Shown piece after piece: positions 19,031 to 28,059 of a DNA stretch of 32,000 nucleotides. Position 1 is the stretch's first letter. The number at the start of each line of letters is the position of its first letter. This stretch comes from Candidatus Thorarchaeota archaeon (GTDB taxonomy: Archaea; Asgardarchaeota; Heimdallarchaeia; Hodarchaeales; Hodarchaeaceae), in assembly GCA_048882505.1 (NCBI GenBank), contig JBHLRO010000002.1, positions 360,001 to 392,000 of the forward strand, given 5' to 3'. Made by a program: the position numbers and the translations under genes. A model generated the notes under the pieces. That model did not search any database. It was not told the origin of the DNA and saw nothing but the letters and a program-made list of their open reading frames with translations.

Positions 19031-19378
19031 TTATTCTTCTTCCTTTTTCATTACTTTCTGTAAATAATTTTCCATCCGATCAAATCTATCAATCCAAAGT
19101 TCTTCGTATTGTTTTATCCAGTCATTGGCTTCCTTAAGAGTCTTTGGGTTTAATTGAGCATATCTAAGTTGTGCCTCTTGAGTACGGCTTATTAATTTGG
19201 CCTTTTGGAGCATTTTTAGATGTTTGGTGATCATAGGTGCACTAACATCGAATGTTTCACCTAACTCGGAAGCAGATGCCTTTCCAAGTTTTAATATTTC
19301 CAGCATTGTACGTCTGACAGGGTGTGATAATGCTGTAAAAACCAAGGACAGTTGATCTGACCGGGTAGTGGTAGACAT
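19031..19378 (-). CDS. ArsR/SmtB-family transcriptional regulator
   Basis: Motifs VFTALSHPVRRTML and SAPMITKHLKMLQKAKLISR, with the C-terminal W...FDRMENYL typical of ArsR regulators paired with SRPBCC genes. Confidence 0.9.
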   Translation of the reverse strand: MSTTTRSDQLSLVFTALSHPVRRTMLEILKLGKASASELGETFDVSAPMITKHLKMLQKAKLISRTQEAQLRYAQLNPKTLKEANDWIKQYEELWIDRFDRMENYLQKVMKKEEE

Positions 19379-19425
19379 ATCTTTTTTTTCCTTTGTTATT
19401 TTCCATTTTGCTTGTGTTTATCATA

Positions 19426-19500
19426 AAAAGGTAACTTTGAGACTTATTCACCTTTTAACATGATATTTTGATATTTTACTAAAAGGTAAATTAACTTTTT
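19426..19500. promoter_or_regulatory. Candidate ArsR operator / promoter repeats
   Basis: AAAAGGT at 19426-19432 and 19481-19487, its exact complement ACCTTTT at 19450-19456, and an imperfect palindrome at 19481-19500 (16/20), all upstream of the ArsR start. Confidence 0.35.
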
Positions 19501-19851
19501 GGTAAAATTGTTTTAAATATAAAAAGCTTCTGAAACCACTCTAAAATAATTCGGTTAGTCAAAAATTATATGTTAGAGCAAACTAATGAACTGGGAGAAT
19601 TTAATTATGCTGCAATTGTCGTATGAGAGAACATGGAATCATCAGTAAGTAATGTTAAAGATATCATACAAAGAATGCAAAGAAGAAATGGTTTAGATCC
19701 AAAAGAGTTAGTTGATCGAAATCATATCAAAGCAGATATTGCTTATTATTGTAAACTTGATTTTTAATTGAAGCCTTTTGATGTTTCTACAGAGTTCTAG
19801 TAGAGCCCGTGGTTCCGCGGAAGTTCGGGGGATTCGTAAGTCCAAAGTTTT

Positions 19852-20550
19852 ATGTTGTTCTGTTCAGTGACCGGAAACATGCAGGAAAAATCACAACAAG
19901 TTACGCAGGTCAGGAATATCGCTAAGAAATTAGCAAGCAAAAAGCCCACGCACGACTGGGATCATACTTTACGGGTACTAAACCTAGCTCATCGGATAGC
20001 GAGCAAAGAAACACGTCCAGTTGAAGCATTGACTCTAGATTTAGCGGTCTATCTCCATGATGTTGCACGCGAAAAAGAAGACGAATCAGGTGGTAAGATT
20101 GACCATGTTCATGAGGGAGTAAAATTGGCCCGTGAAATACTAGAAAGAGAAGGATTTTCAGACCCCACTATACAGCGAATATGTGATTGCATTCAAACAC
20201 ACCGATTTCGCAAGAAAAAGGGGGAAAATCAACCGCAGACTGTGGAAGCAGAGATTCTGTTCGATGCAGACAAACTAGATAGTATTGGAGCCATAGGTGT
20301 TGCAAGAGCTTTTATGTATGCAGGAGAAAATGGATTTGGCCTTTATCGCGAACCGCCTCCCGAGTACAAACCCAAAAACCGAAACGTAGATCCGTCAGTT
20401 CATACACCAAATATTGAATTTGAAGTGAAACTCCGAAAGATCAAGAATGTTCTATTTACAGAAGAAGGACGACGGATAGCCGATTCACGTCATGCCATTA
20501 TGAAGGAATTCTTTCAACGATTGCGTTTAGAAATCGAAGGAAAGCTTTAG
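19852..20550 (+). CDS. HD-domain metal-dependent phosphohydrolase
   Basis: Motifs HDWDHTLRV, YLHDVAR, IDH, THRF and LFDADKLDSIGAIGVAR. Likely start is the ATG at 19879. Confidence 0.9.
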   Translation: MLFCSVTGNMQEKSQQVTQVRNIAKKLASKKPTHDWDHTLRVLNLAHRIASKETRPVEALTLDLAVYLHDVAREKEDESGGKIDHVHEGVKLAREILEREGFSDPTIQRICDCIQTHRFRKKKGENQPQTVEAEILFDADKLDSIGAIGVARAFMYAGENGFGLYREPPPEYKPKNRNVDPSVHTPNIEFEVKLRKIKNVLFTEEGRRIADSRHAIMKEFFQRLRLEIEGKL

Positions 20551-20697
20551 CTCGGAGCTCTCTGGGGTTTCATTCTTAGGCCAGCAGTTGGACTATGATT
20601 CTCGGATATTGCGTCGCAAAAAGTTAGTCAATGTTCAAATCTCGCATAGAAAGGAAATCGATTACCCTGTAGGAAAAATTAATCGTACCAAAGAAAG

Positions 20698-21267
20698 ATG
20701 ATTATTATGACCAAGCTAATCTATTCAATGATAACTTCGCTTGATGGATATATAGAAGATAAGGAGGGAAAATTTGATTGGGCAGTGCCCGATGTAAAAG
20801 TTCACAGTTTTATCAATAATCTCCAACGGCCAATCGGGACATATCTTTATGGACGATTATTGTATGAAACTATGGCGGTCTGGGAAACTATGCATTCTCT
20901 TCCAGAGCTGAAACCTGAAATGTTGGATTTTTCAGAACTGTGGCGGGGAGCCAATAAGATTGTATATTCCAAGACGTTGGAGAAGGTATCCACGTCCAAA
21001 ACACGAATCGAGCGAAATTTCGATCCTGAAATGATTATTGAGATGAAAACGAGATTGGGGCATGATATCCTCGTAGGTGGTCCCAATCTCGCCGCCCAAG
21101 CATTGAAAGAAGGATTAATTGACGAAATTCACTTGTTCGTTTGCCCTGTTTTAGTGGGAGGTGGTAAAAAATTTTTCCCCATCAATGTCAGGTTGGATCT
21201 CGAATTAATGAACGAACGCTGTTTCAGTAACGGTATGATATACGTCCAGTATCGTAACAAAATTTAA
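20698..21267 (+). CDS. Dihydrofolate reductase / RibD C-terminal-like family protein
   Basis: Motifs MITSLDGYI, YLYGRLLYETM, ILVGGPNLA and LIDEIHLFVCPVLVGGG. Confidence 0.88.
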   Translation: MIIMTKLIYSMITSLDGYIEDKEGKFDWAVPDVKVHSFINNLQRPIGTYLYGRLLYETMAVWETMHSLPELKPEMLDFSELWRGANKIVYSKTLEKVSTSKTRIERNFDPEMIIEMKTRLGHDILVGGPNLAAQALKEGLIDEIHLFVCPVLVGGGKKFFPINVRLDLELMNERCFSNGMIYVQYRNKI

Positions 21268-21303
21268 CGATGTATCATAATAAGATTTTACTGTATTCCA
21301 GTT

Positions 21304-22866
21304 CTAATGGCTTCTCTCGGAACAAACTGGTCTTCCTCCAACAACTGTGGTCGAAACCAAGCTATCTGTTATTTCTGTGGGATCCATTCTCAATGGGTTG
21401 CTAGTAAGAACAACGAAATCCGCGTATTTTCCGACCGTGATACTGCCCAATTGGGAATCCATGAACAATGCCTTGGCATTCGAAACAGTATATGCTTTTA
21501 ATGCCTCTGATACGGGGATTTTCACCTCTTTTGAAGGAAATGTGGCGGCATAACGTATTCCATAAAAAGGAGAAAGAGGCATATTGTCGGAACCAAAGTT
21601 CAACATATGTCCATGTTCAAGAATTGCGGCAAACCGGTTTAGAGTCATGCACCGATCCTTTCCGAGCCGTTGTTCGTATAATTCTCCAGGGTACTCCCAT
21701 TTTAGAAAATTAGGTTGCATTGAGAGTAGAATTCCGAGCTCTTTTGCTCGTCGAATTTGATCATCAGAAATCATTTCGGCATGTTCGATTCTGTGCTGCC
21801 TTTCCGAAGAGTTGTGACCAGCCGCCTTGATTCCTTTTTCATAACAAGTGAGAAGCCGCTCAATAGCCTGGTCACCTATCGCGTGAATACATATGGTAAG
21901 GCCGTGTTCTTCTGCATGGGAAATTTGATCAATAAGCTCGTCCTCCTCCAAAAACTTGTCACCCTGGTGATCGATGTCAACATATGAGGAATTTAGCAAT
22001 GCCGTTTGAGCCCCTAGGGCACCATCAAAAAATCCCTTGAAACCAGAAAATCGTACCATATGTGAACCCCAGTTTTGTGGAATCCCGAGCCTTGTGAATT
22101 CCCCGATGAGCTCTCTAGTAGGATTTAGAAAAATACGAATCGGGATTTTACCTAAAAGATCCAATTGAAGGTACGTCCGGATGATATATTGTTGGCCCGA
22201 GGGACGAATAGTCAGATTATCTACAACAGCCGTAATTCCTTTAGAGGCCGCAATATGTACTGATTTTTCAATACTGTGAGGCAGTTTATCCTTATAGTAC
22301 GGAATCAGATCCAGCCAAACATCCTTTAAAACTCCAGTGGGATTGCCAGAGATATCTCTCTCCACGCCCGCATGATCAGGAGGAATAGATAATTGTTTTA
22401 GGGCCAATGAATTACACACTACCAGATGTCCGTCCTCACGATACGTATAAACCGGATTATTCGGGCTGATCTCGTCCAGGTCTTGGCGTGAAAGAAATTC
22501 TTTGCGATCCGGCCATCTTGACTCGTCCCATTTGGAGGCAAAGATCCATTCGCCTGGTTGTGCGGCTCTTACCTCCTGCGCAAGGCGATCAATTGTTCCA
22601 CTGTACGTTTGTTCCTGACCGAGGTCAACAGAGATCACCTCGGCTTCTTTCCACAGATGTGTATGTAGATCGATCAAACCAGGAATAATCGTTTTCCCTT
22701 CCAGGTCCCTTACGTTTTCTGCTCGGTCTAGGTAACTAGTCTTATTTGGACCGACGTAGACAAACTTATTCTGGGTAATCCCAATCATTTCGGCAGATTC
22801 ATTTTCAGAATCCATTGTTATGATTTGGGCATTGTAATGGACTTGATCAAAGCTTTTCGGAATCAT
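21304..22866 (-). CDS. Amidohydrolase family 3 (YtcJ-like) protein
   Basis: Motifs IIPGLIDLHTHL, KGFFDGALG, IHAIGDQA, RIEHAE, FGSD and GSITVGKYADFVVL. Confidence 0.9.
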   Translation of the reverse strand: MIPKSFDQVHYNAQIITMDSENESAEMIGITQNKFVYVGPNKTSYLDRAENVRDLEGKTIIPGLIDLHTHLWKEAEVISVDLGQEQTYSGTIDRLAQEVRAAQPGEWIFASKWDESRWPDRKEFLSRQDLDEISPNNPVYTYREDGHLVVCNSLALKQLSIPPDHAGVERDISGNPTGVLKDVWLDLIPYYKDKLPHSIEKSVHIAASKGITAVVDNLTIRPSGQQYIIRTYLQLDLLGKIPIRIFLNPTRELIGEFTRLGIPQNWGSHMVRFSGFKGFFDGALGAQTALLNSSYVDIDHQGDKFLEEDELIDQISHAEEHGLTICIHAIGDQAIERLLTCYEKGIKAAGHNSSERQHRIEHAEMISDDQIRRAKELGILLSMQPNFLKWEYPGELYEQRLGKDRCMTLNRFAAILEHGHMLNFGSDNMPLSPFYGIRYAATFPSKEVKIPVSEALKAYTVSNAKALFMDSQLGSITVGKYADFVVLTSNPLRMDPTEITDSLVSTTVVGGRPVCSERSH

Positions 22867-23147
22867 TTTTCGGGCAGCTCCATTTTTGAGGGCACCACGG
22901 AGCCAGTTTTTTCAAAAGGATACAGTTCTTAACTCCTGAGTCATAGGCATATCGTTGCGGAAGTCATTTGCTCCCGGTTTATATCAACGTTGCTCTGATA
23001 TTTCCGAGATGCCAGGTTCAACAGCTTTTAATGTGCCTATTGATCAAGAGACCAATAGTAAGGAACAATCCTTACAATAAATGTGGTTGAAATCCCACAA
23101 GGTCATAGCCCTTCTTCTACCTTGCCCCATCATGAATAAACCAGGTT

Positions 23148-24257
23148 CTATTTGTTCCAATTTTTGAATACAGGGTCGTTATCTAGAGTCTTATCCCATA
23201 CATCATATATGAACATAAGAGGAAATCCCTCGGAATTTCCGATACAGGCAAACCCGATCTTTGTTTCCTTGTAAAAGCCGATTAGAGAGATACCACCCAC
23301 TATTCCACCAGCGACATTCATGAAAGTTTGCCCTTTGTAACCATCTTTAATACCAATGCCATAGCCCTCGAATGAGTCAGTCTTCAGCATTTTTGTCAGA
23401 TTTTCATCTTTTAGGTATCTTGACAGTTTTTTCTCAATAACACTTGGCTTAAATACTGTTTTCCCGCCTACTGATCCATTGTTCATCAGCATGTCAAGAT
23501 AGATGAGCATTTCATTACACGAAGTCACTATGCCTCCTGGTCCCTTAGTAAATTCTTCAAAGCGATATTCGGATTTAGTGAAAGTCAAATTGCCATATTC
23601 ATCCTTTTTTGGCAAATAAGGGACGGTATGGTTATCATCAATAGATGCTAGTTCTTCATCCCCCAACATGATGGTTCTCTTCATATTCAATGGGGTGAGG
23701 ATTAGGCCTCTCATCGCTTCATCAAAAGATTTCCTTGAGGTTTTTTCCACGATCATCGCAAGGAGGGAGTAGCCGATATTAGAGTACATGAATCTCCCCA
23801 GATCAGCCCTGGAGTCCTTGATTATGCTTGCGACACGCTCTAAATATTCCTCTCTTGTGTATCCCATTCTATCGATAAAAATATCCGGCAAACCAGAAGT
23901 ATGAGTCAATAGGTGATGAATGGTGATAGCTTCCGTACCAGTGCTCGTGGTAATCGAAAGATAATCAGATATGGGATCATCTACTGATAGGTTTCCCTGG
24001 TCTTCTAAGAGGAGGATTGCCAAACTGGTGAATGATTTCGAACCTGAACCGAATCGTGCGAGCGTATCCGCGTTGAAATCTTTGAAATTTTTTATGTCGC
24101 GAAATCCAACGCCAAAAGAATAGATAATTGCTCCATCTTCTATGATAGAAATCGCCATGCCTGGAAATTCTCTATTCTCGAACCTCCTCGTTATTTCTGG
24201 TTCAAAATTTTTTTTGAAGTAGTCAATATCCATGTTTATTACCCTTAGGATTAGCAA
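23148..24257 (-). CDS. Serine hydrolase, beta-lactamase class C-like family
   Basis: SxxK (SGSK), YxN (YSN), HLLTHTSGL and GPGGIVTS. Likely ATG at 24233. Confidence 0.88.
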   Translation of the reverse strand: MLILRVINMDIDYFKKNFEPEITRRFENREFPGMAISIIEDGAIIYSFGVGFRDIKNFKDFNADTLARFGSGSKSFTSLAILLLEDQGNLSVDDPISDYLSITTSTGTEAITIHHLLTHTSGLPDIFIDRMGYTREEYLERVASIIKDSRADLGRFMYSNIGYSLLAMIVEKTSRKSFDEAMRGLILTPLNMKRTIMLGDEELASIDDNHTVPYLPKKDEYGNLTFTKSEYRFEEFTKGPGGIVTSCNEMLIYLDMLMNNGSVGGKTVFKPSVIEKKLSRYLKDENLTKMLKTDSFEGYGIGIKDGYKGQTFMNVAGGIVGGISLIGFYKETKIGFACIGNSEGFPLMFIYDVWDKTLDNDPVFKNWNK

Positions 24258-24265
24258 CCAACAGG

Positions 24266-24409
24266 TGGGGATAAAATCATTATATCACTAAATCCCAAGA
24301 GCTACGAAGCTCGAATCAAAACCTCAGACATGGTTATTCTTCATTGTTATGTGCTCTGTTTCTGCTAACAGATGCAATAATGCATGTTTTCCTTAGAAAG
24401 GCTCTCGAG
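24266..24409 (+). pseudogene. Decayed paralogue of the 3' end of the RAMP-HD gene at 27977-28795
   Basis: 24281-24406 translates YITKSQELRSSNQNLRHGYSSLLCALFLLTDAIMHVFLRKAL, against YIYKSKELSLLNESLNYGHSSLRYHLLLITNLIVQDFLRGAL at 28667-28792: 21/42 identical with no gaps. In-frame TAA at 24272. Confidence 0.8.
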
Positions 24410-24517
24410 GTGTTCTTTGTGTAGAATAATCGGAGTAACGTTGTTTTGCTTATGAAACTAGAAGGCGTGCAAGTAAAATGTCAAAGGTTTCTGTTGCAGT
24501 CCCCCATTCTAGGAGGA
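24410..24517 (+). repeat. Copy A of the conserved non-coding element found 3' of the RAMP-HD gene
   Basis: 24439-24504 matches 28825-28890 at 57/66 nt without gaps. Both copies have GTGTT plus a 24-nt variable block before the core and a GC hairpin after it. Confidence 0.75.
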
Positions 24518-24634
24518 GAATTTCGGATACGTGGTCGAGTAGGTAACCTCCAACCAATTGCGGTTCATTTGAAGGACATTAGTTGGGATACCACTCAGTT
24601 ATATCCATTATTTCGCTCTATGGAGCGAAAACGG

Positions 24635-24962
24635 TCACTTGATGTTGTTTCGAAATCTGTCGAGTATATAAAAGGCGCTCGCCATCATATGTAAAGTTTT
24701 GAGGTTTTGCCTATGACTATGAATATCCCTGATATAACTGAGTAATTGGTCCTTGAAGGGGGTCTTCCTCGGCTGGAACCCCTTGATACAGACTACTCCT
24801 CGCACTCCAGCCCGCGGGGTCATTAACGAAAAAATTCCCGCGTGTGCTTGAGTGCCATGAATACCGTGGGAGGATCTTTGAGACCACACGGTGGACCTTG
24901 ACTTCCTCAAACGTATCCGCATCATACAGAATTTTCACCTGACCCCCCCGAGAGGGCTTCAT
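24635..24962 (-). pseudogene. Possible frameshifted small ORF
   Basis: ATG at 24962 lies 16 nt after the 24979 stop. Two overlapping minus-strand frames (24717-24962, 24635-24925) could join at a T6 run near 24830. No motif. Confidence 0.2.
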
Positions 24963-24978
24963 TCGTTGATAAACCGTC

Positions 24979-25770
24979 TTAACCAGGATCGCTTGACTCC
25001 AGGTATGTCGTAAGGAGTCCTAGAATTCCAGAGGTAAGAAACCCGCCGCCTAACGCAGCAAGCGGAAGGTATTGCCATTGTGTTCCCTTAGGAGCAAATG
25101 TGGTAGCGAAGAGGAAAACAAACCCCAACAGAAGAACGCTGGTAGAAAGCAGGCGAATGCTGTGAAAGAACCATGCTGGTGTTCTCCATTTGCTTTTTTG
25201 CCTAAGAGAGATGAACATGTAAGTGAAGAACACAGGTGATAAAAACAGCAGTAGTATCATCCACCCCTCGAGTGGAATAGATTGTAATATTTCTATCGGG
25301 TTTCCATTATTACCAAAGACCTCAATTTCACAGGTGAATATGTTGGTACCCGCCCCTAGCACCGTTGCCTGGAGCTTTATAGTAAGGATTTTCGAGGTGT
25401 AGGTTTCAAAGCTTTTGATTGGCTCTTCTTGGGACGTAACATCTAAGATTCCCCCAGGAGCAAGCATCAGATCTAACAGAATGATTCCAAGGTCAAAATC
25501 AAAGGTGCCTATTGTTATGTTGATATTCCCTGGGTTTGATGGCATAGACGAAATCACTATCTGCTGGATATGATGTACGTTTTTAGTTCGATGAATATAT
25601 TCACTATCACTGAATTGAACCATTTCTTGGGACGTATACTGTTGATCTGACAGCACCCACCCCCCCATTAGCCCTAGGGCAAATACCGAAACAGCAAGTA
25701 ATCCTATTGCCTGGTTTCGTTGAAGATGCAACCCTAATCGTGGAGAAAGCTGCATGTCATTTCCGCTCAA
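24979..25770 (-). CDS. Hypothetical membrane protein (one N-terminal and three C-terminal TM helices)
   Basis: 263-aa ORF with clear hydrophobic segments. Confidence 0.6.
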   Translation of the reverse strand: MSGNDMQLSPRLGLHLQRNQAIGLLAVSVFALGLMGGWVLSDQQYTSQEMVQFSDSEYIHRTKNVHHIQQIVISSMPSNPGNINITIGTFDFDLGIILLDLMLAPGGILDVTSQEEPIKSFETYTSKILTIKLQATVLGAGTNIFTCEIEVFGNNGNPIEILQSIPLEGWMILLLFLSPVFFTYMFISLRQKSKWRTPAWFFHSIRLLSTSVLLLGFVFLFATTFAPKGTQWQYLPLAALGGGFLTSGILGLLTTYLESSDPG

Positions 25771-25815
25771 AATAACCCATCATACGTGGACAGATCAACT
25801 CAACTTCCAATTTGG

Positions 25816-27351
25816 TCAATTATACGTGGACAAATCAACTTCATTTACAGTTTGGCTGTGCATTACATAAGCCCCGGAGGTCCTACTCATAATATACCCA
25901 GTCAGATCCCCAGTTATATGATTGGCATTAAAAGTATGAAGTGTCTCATGCATAGTACCTAGGGTTTGATCCCTCATGAATGGAAATATCCAAATAAAAT
26001 ATCCCTTCATCATGATTGCCTTGTTAGAGTGGCCAGGGCTGTTTAGTCCTGCCACCATTCCATTTGTATTATATTGATTAATATTCGCGAAAAGAAGATC
26101 AAACCCATGATTTTTAGAACTTGTCCCATGGGAACTTTCCCAATCACCTGATAAACCCAAGAGGTCCTTCGCTTTTGGTGCCATTTTGTTGTGGATGAGG
26201 TCATAGATATCGTTTGAGGGAGGATCCCATGTAAACACCATGCTACGAAAGTCCATAGCAAATAAGGTTCGTAAATCAGTAAGTTGTTGGTTGTACCAAA
26301 AGTCTATTAGTTCAATAGTCGTATCAAACCAAGCATTTTCATCGAATTGAATTCTGAACGCTTGATCCACCAAATGAGTTACAAAGACAACGTGAGTTCC
26401 AGACGCGGGGTCATTGACATCAAAATTCCCATGTGCGCTTGAGGGGTAGTAATTGTCACTCCAAGTCCCAGGTGCCCCAGAACCGAGGGCATAAACCCGT
26501 GTTATATCGTAATTACCTCTGTTCAAGGCGTATCTTTTTACTGGAGTCCCAGGAGAGGTGAACATGTAGTCCAAGTAGTCATGTACCACCAGAGTCATAC
26601 CAGATTCTATCCAGCCATTTTCACTATACGTTGGTGTATCATCTTCCCAAGAATTATAGGTATTGCCTTTAATTGTATATAACAAGTACTGTAGAAAGGC
26701 GAAATAGGTAGTAGGATTATATATATACGTCTTAACGTGTTCTGCTTGGCCTTTCTCAGAATCATAGGCGTAAAAACTACTTATGTAAGGGCTACTGGAT
26801 GTAACTGCAGCGCCTCCACCAGCAGTTTGGCTTTCTTGATTTGGTGGCCATTGAGGAGTTATTTCCACTGAATGACGCATTGTGCCAAAGTTCATTTTAA
26901 AGAAAAAGTGCCTGGGTAACAGGGTTGTATTAAGAGTTCTTAAGGCGAACACAACTCGGAAACTGGTACTATTCTCAGCTTTTTCTAGCGTAGTTCCGTT
27001 CGATAGCATCTTGATAACCGGGGATCCATTAGTAAGAGTTTCCATATCAAATGTGTCAGGGATTTGGAGGGAAATATCGGCATCAACCACTGAGACCCCC
27101 GTTTTGGTGCCAGTCAACTGAATTGTGAGGTCACCGTGGTCGTTAACCTCGTAAATCACCGATTCGATGCTAATACTCGCAGGTAGTGAGAAGCTTGCAA
27201 CAATGGCACTTATTGCAATAGCTGTTAACACGAATAGCGCACCTATTCGAAACATGTTATGATACGTGTATTGTTTGGTCTTATTTTTCATCTTTTCACC
27301 TTCAACCTCAGGTTTTTTGATCTCCATCGCTTCCTCGGAGACTTTCTCCAC
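25816..27351 (-). CDS. Secreted or membrane-anchored metzincin-like zinc metalloprotease
   Basis: N-terminal hydrophobic anchor IGALFVLTAIAISAIVASF. C-terminal HETLHTFNANH (HExxHxxxxxH), followed by a Met-turn-like YIMS. Confidence 0.65.
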   Translation of the reverse strand: MEKVSEEAMEIKKPEVEGEKMKNKTKQYTYHNMFRIGALFVLTAIAISAIVASFSLPASISIESVIYEVNDHGDLTIQLTGTKTGVSVVDADISLQIPDTFDMETLTNGSPVIKMLSNGTTLEKAENSTSFRVVFALRTLNTTLLPRHFFFKMNFGTMRHSVEITPQWPPNQESQTAGGGAAVTSSSPYISSFYAYDSEKGQAEHVKTYIYNPTTYFAFLQYLLYTIKGNTYNSWEDDTPTYSENGWIESGMTLVVHDYLDYMFTSPGTPVKRYALNRGNYDITRVYALGSGAPGTWSDNYYPSSAHGNFDVNDPASGTHVVFVTHLVDQAFRIQFDENAWFDTTIELIDFWYNQQLTDLRTLFAMDFRSMVFTWDPPSNDIYDLIHNKMAPKAKDLLGLSGDWESSHGTSSKNHGFDLLFANINQYNTNGMVAGLNSPGHSNKAIMMKGYFIWIFPFMRDQTLGTMHETLHTFNANHITGDLTGYIMSRTSGAYVMHSQTVNEVDLSTYN

Positions 27352-27424
27352 CCTGAAGATCGCTAGTGATTGGCCCGATCCAATATTTAAGGATTTTGAA
27401 CGCTAATGTCCAATATTTATAGCG

Positions 27425-27871
27425 ATGACCACTGATAAAGAAGCCGATAAACATGGGAATGTCTTACTTCCAGAAGGCCTTCATCTCTTAGGAAGCTGTC
27501 TTGCTGGCGAAAAAGAATGCATTCTCCATCAAATCTTTGGCTCCAAAGGGATTGAAGGTAAAATTTCTGTTTACGCAGATCCTATTGCTTCTATATCCCA
27601 CAAAACCGCTAGATTATCTGAATCCATTCAACATGTCCATATCGCTTCTGAGAATCGGATTAACTTGACCTATGATGGTAAAACAACACAGGATTTCAAA
27701 GAACGCTATTTTTCTGGCTATTTCAACTTTGAAATTGATGTGACCCATTGCTCTCCTCAACAGATCGGCTTAGTCATTGAAGGAGCTGTAGCTTTTGATA
27801 GACTAGGCCGAGGTTTCAATACGGGGTATGGTCGAGTTGAGGTCAAAAAACTCCAGTTGCTCAAACGGTGA
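27425..27871 (+). CDS. Cas7-group RAMP protein, apparently 5'-truncated
   Basis: GSC...ECILHQIFGS, thumb-like HIASENRINL and Gly-rich loop RLGRGFNTGYGRVEV, all Csm3/Cas7-like. Only 148 aa, with an in-frame stop at 27404-27406 upstream. Confidence 0.65.
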   Translation: MTTDKEADKHGNVLLPEGLHLLGSCLAGEKECILHQIFGSKGIEGKISVYADPIASISHKTARLSESIQHVHIASENRINLTYDGKTTQDFKERYFSGYFNFEIDVTHCSPQQIGLVIEGAVAFDRLGRGFNTGYGRVEVKKLQLLKR

Positions 27872-28059
27872 AAAAAACACCTGTGTTCGATAATAATGGC
27901 TCCTTTACTGTCCAGAAGAACATCACTGAAGGAGCCTTAGAAACAATGTTCAAGAACGCCCTTGAGGTCTGGCAAAATGGAACTCACGCTCGAAGGGAAA
28001 ATTCTGACTCCCATTATCACGAAGAAAACCATGTTCGAATTAGAGGGCTGTCGTGCTGA
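27868..28059 (+). CDS. Small ORF, or frameshifted C-terminus of the Cas7-like protein
   Basis: GTG overlaps the Cas7 TGA. One extra G would fuse ...LLKR to VKKTPVFD...ALEVWQN. Overlaps the next gene by 83 nt. Confidence 0.35.
   Translation: MKKTPVFDNNGSFTVQKNITEGALETMFKNALEVWQNGTHARRENSDSHYHEENHVRIRGLSC

Noticed and set aside
19570-19770. Two short plus-strand ORFs (18 and 44 aa) between ArsR and the HD gene
   Set aside because: Short, with no motif or supporting context.
24446-24694. 82-aa ORF as the missing Cas7 N-terminus (EFRIRGRV...YIKGARHHM resembles KGALRH)
   Set aside because: The similarity rests on a few residues. The start lies within the non-coding core, where copy B has a stop in the same frame. 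It needs a profile search before being claimed.
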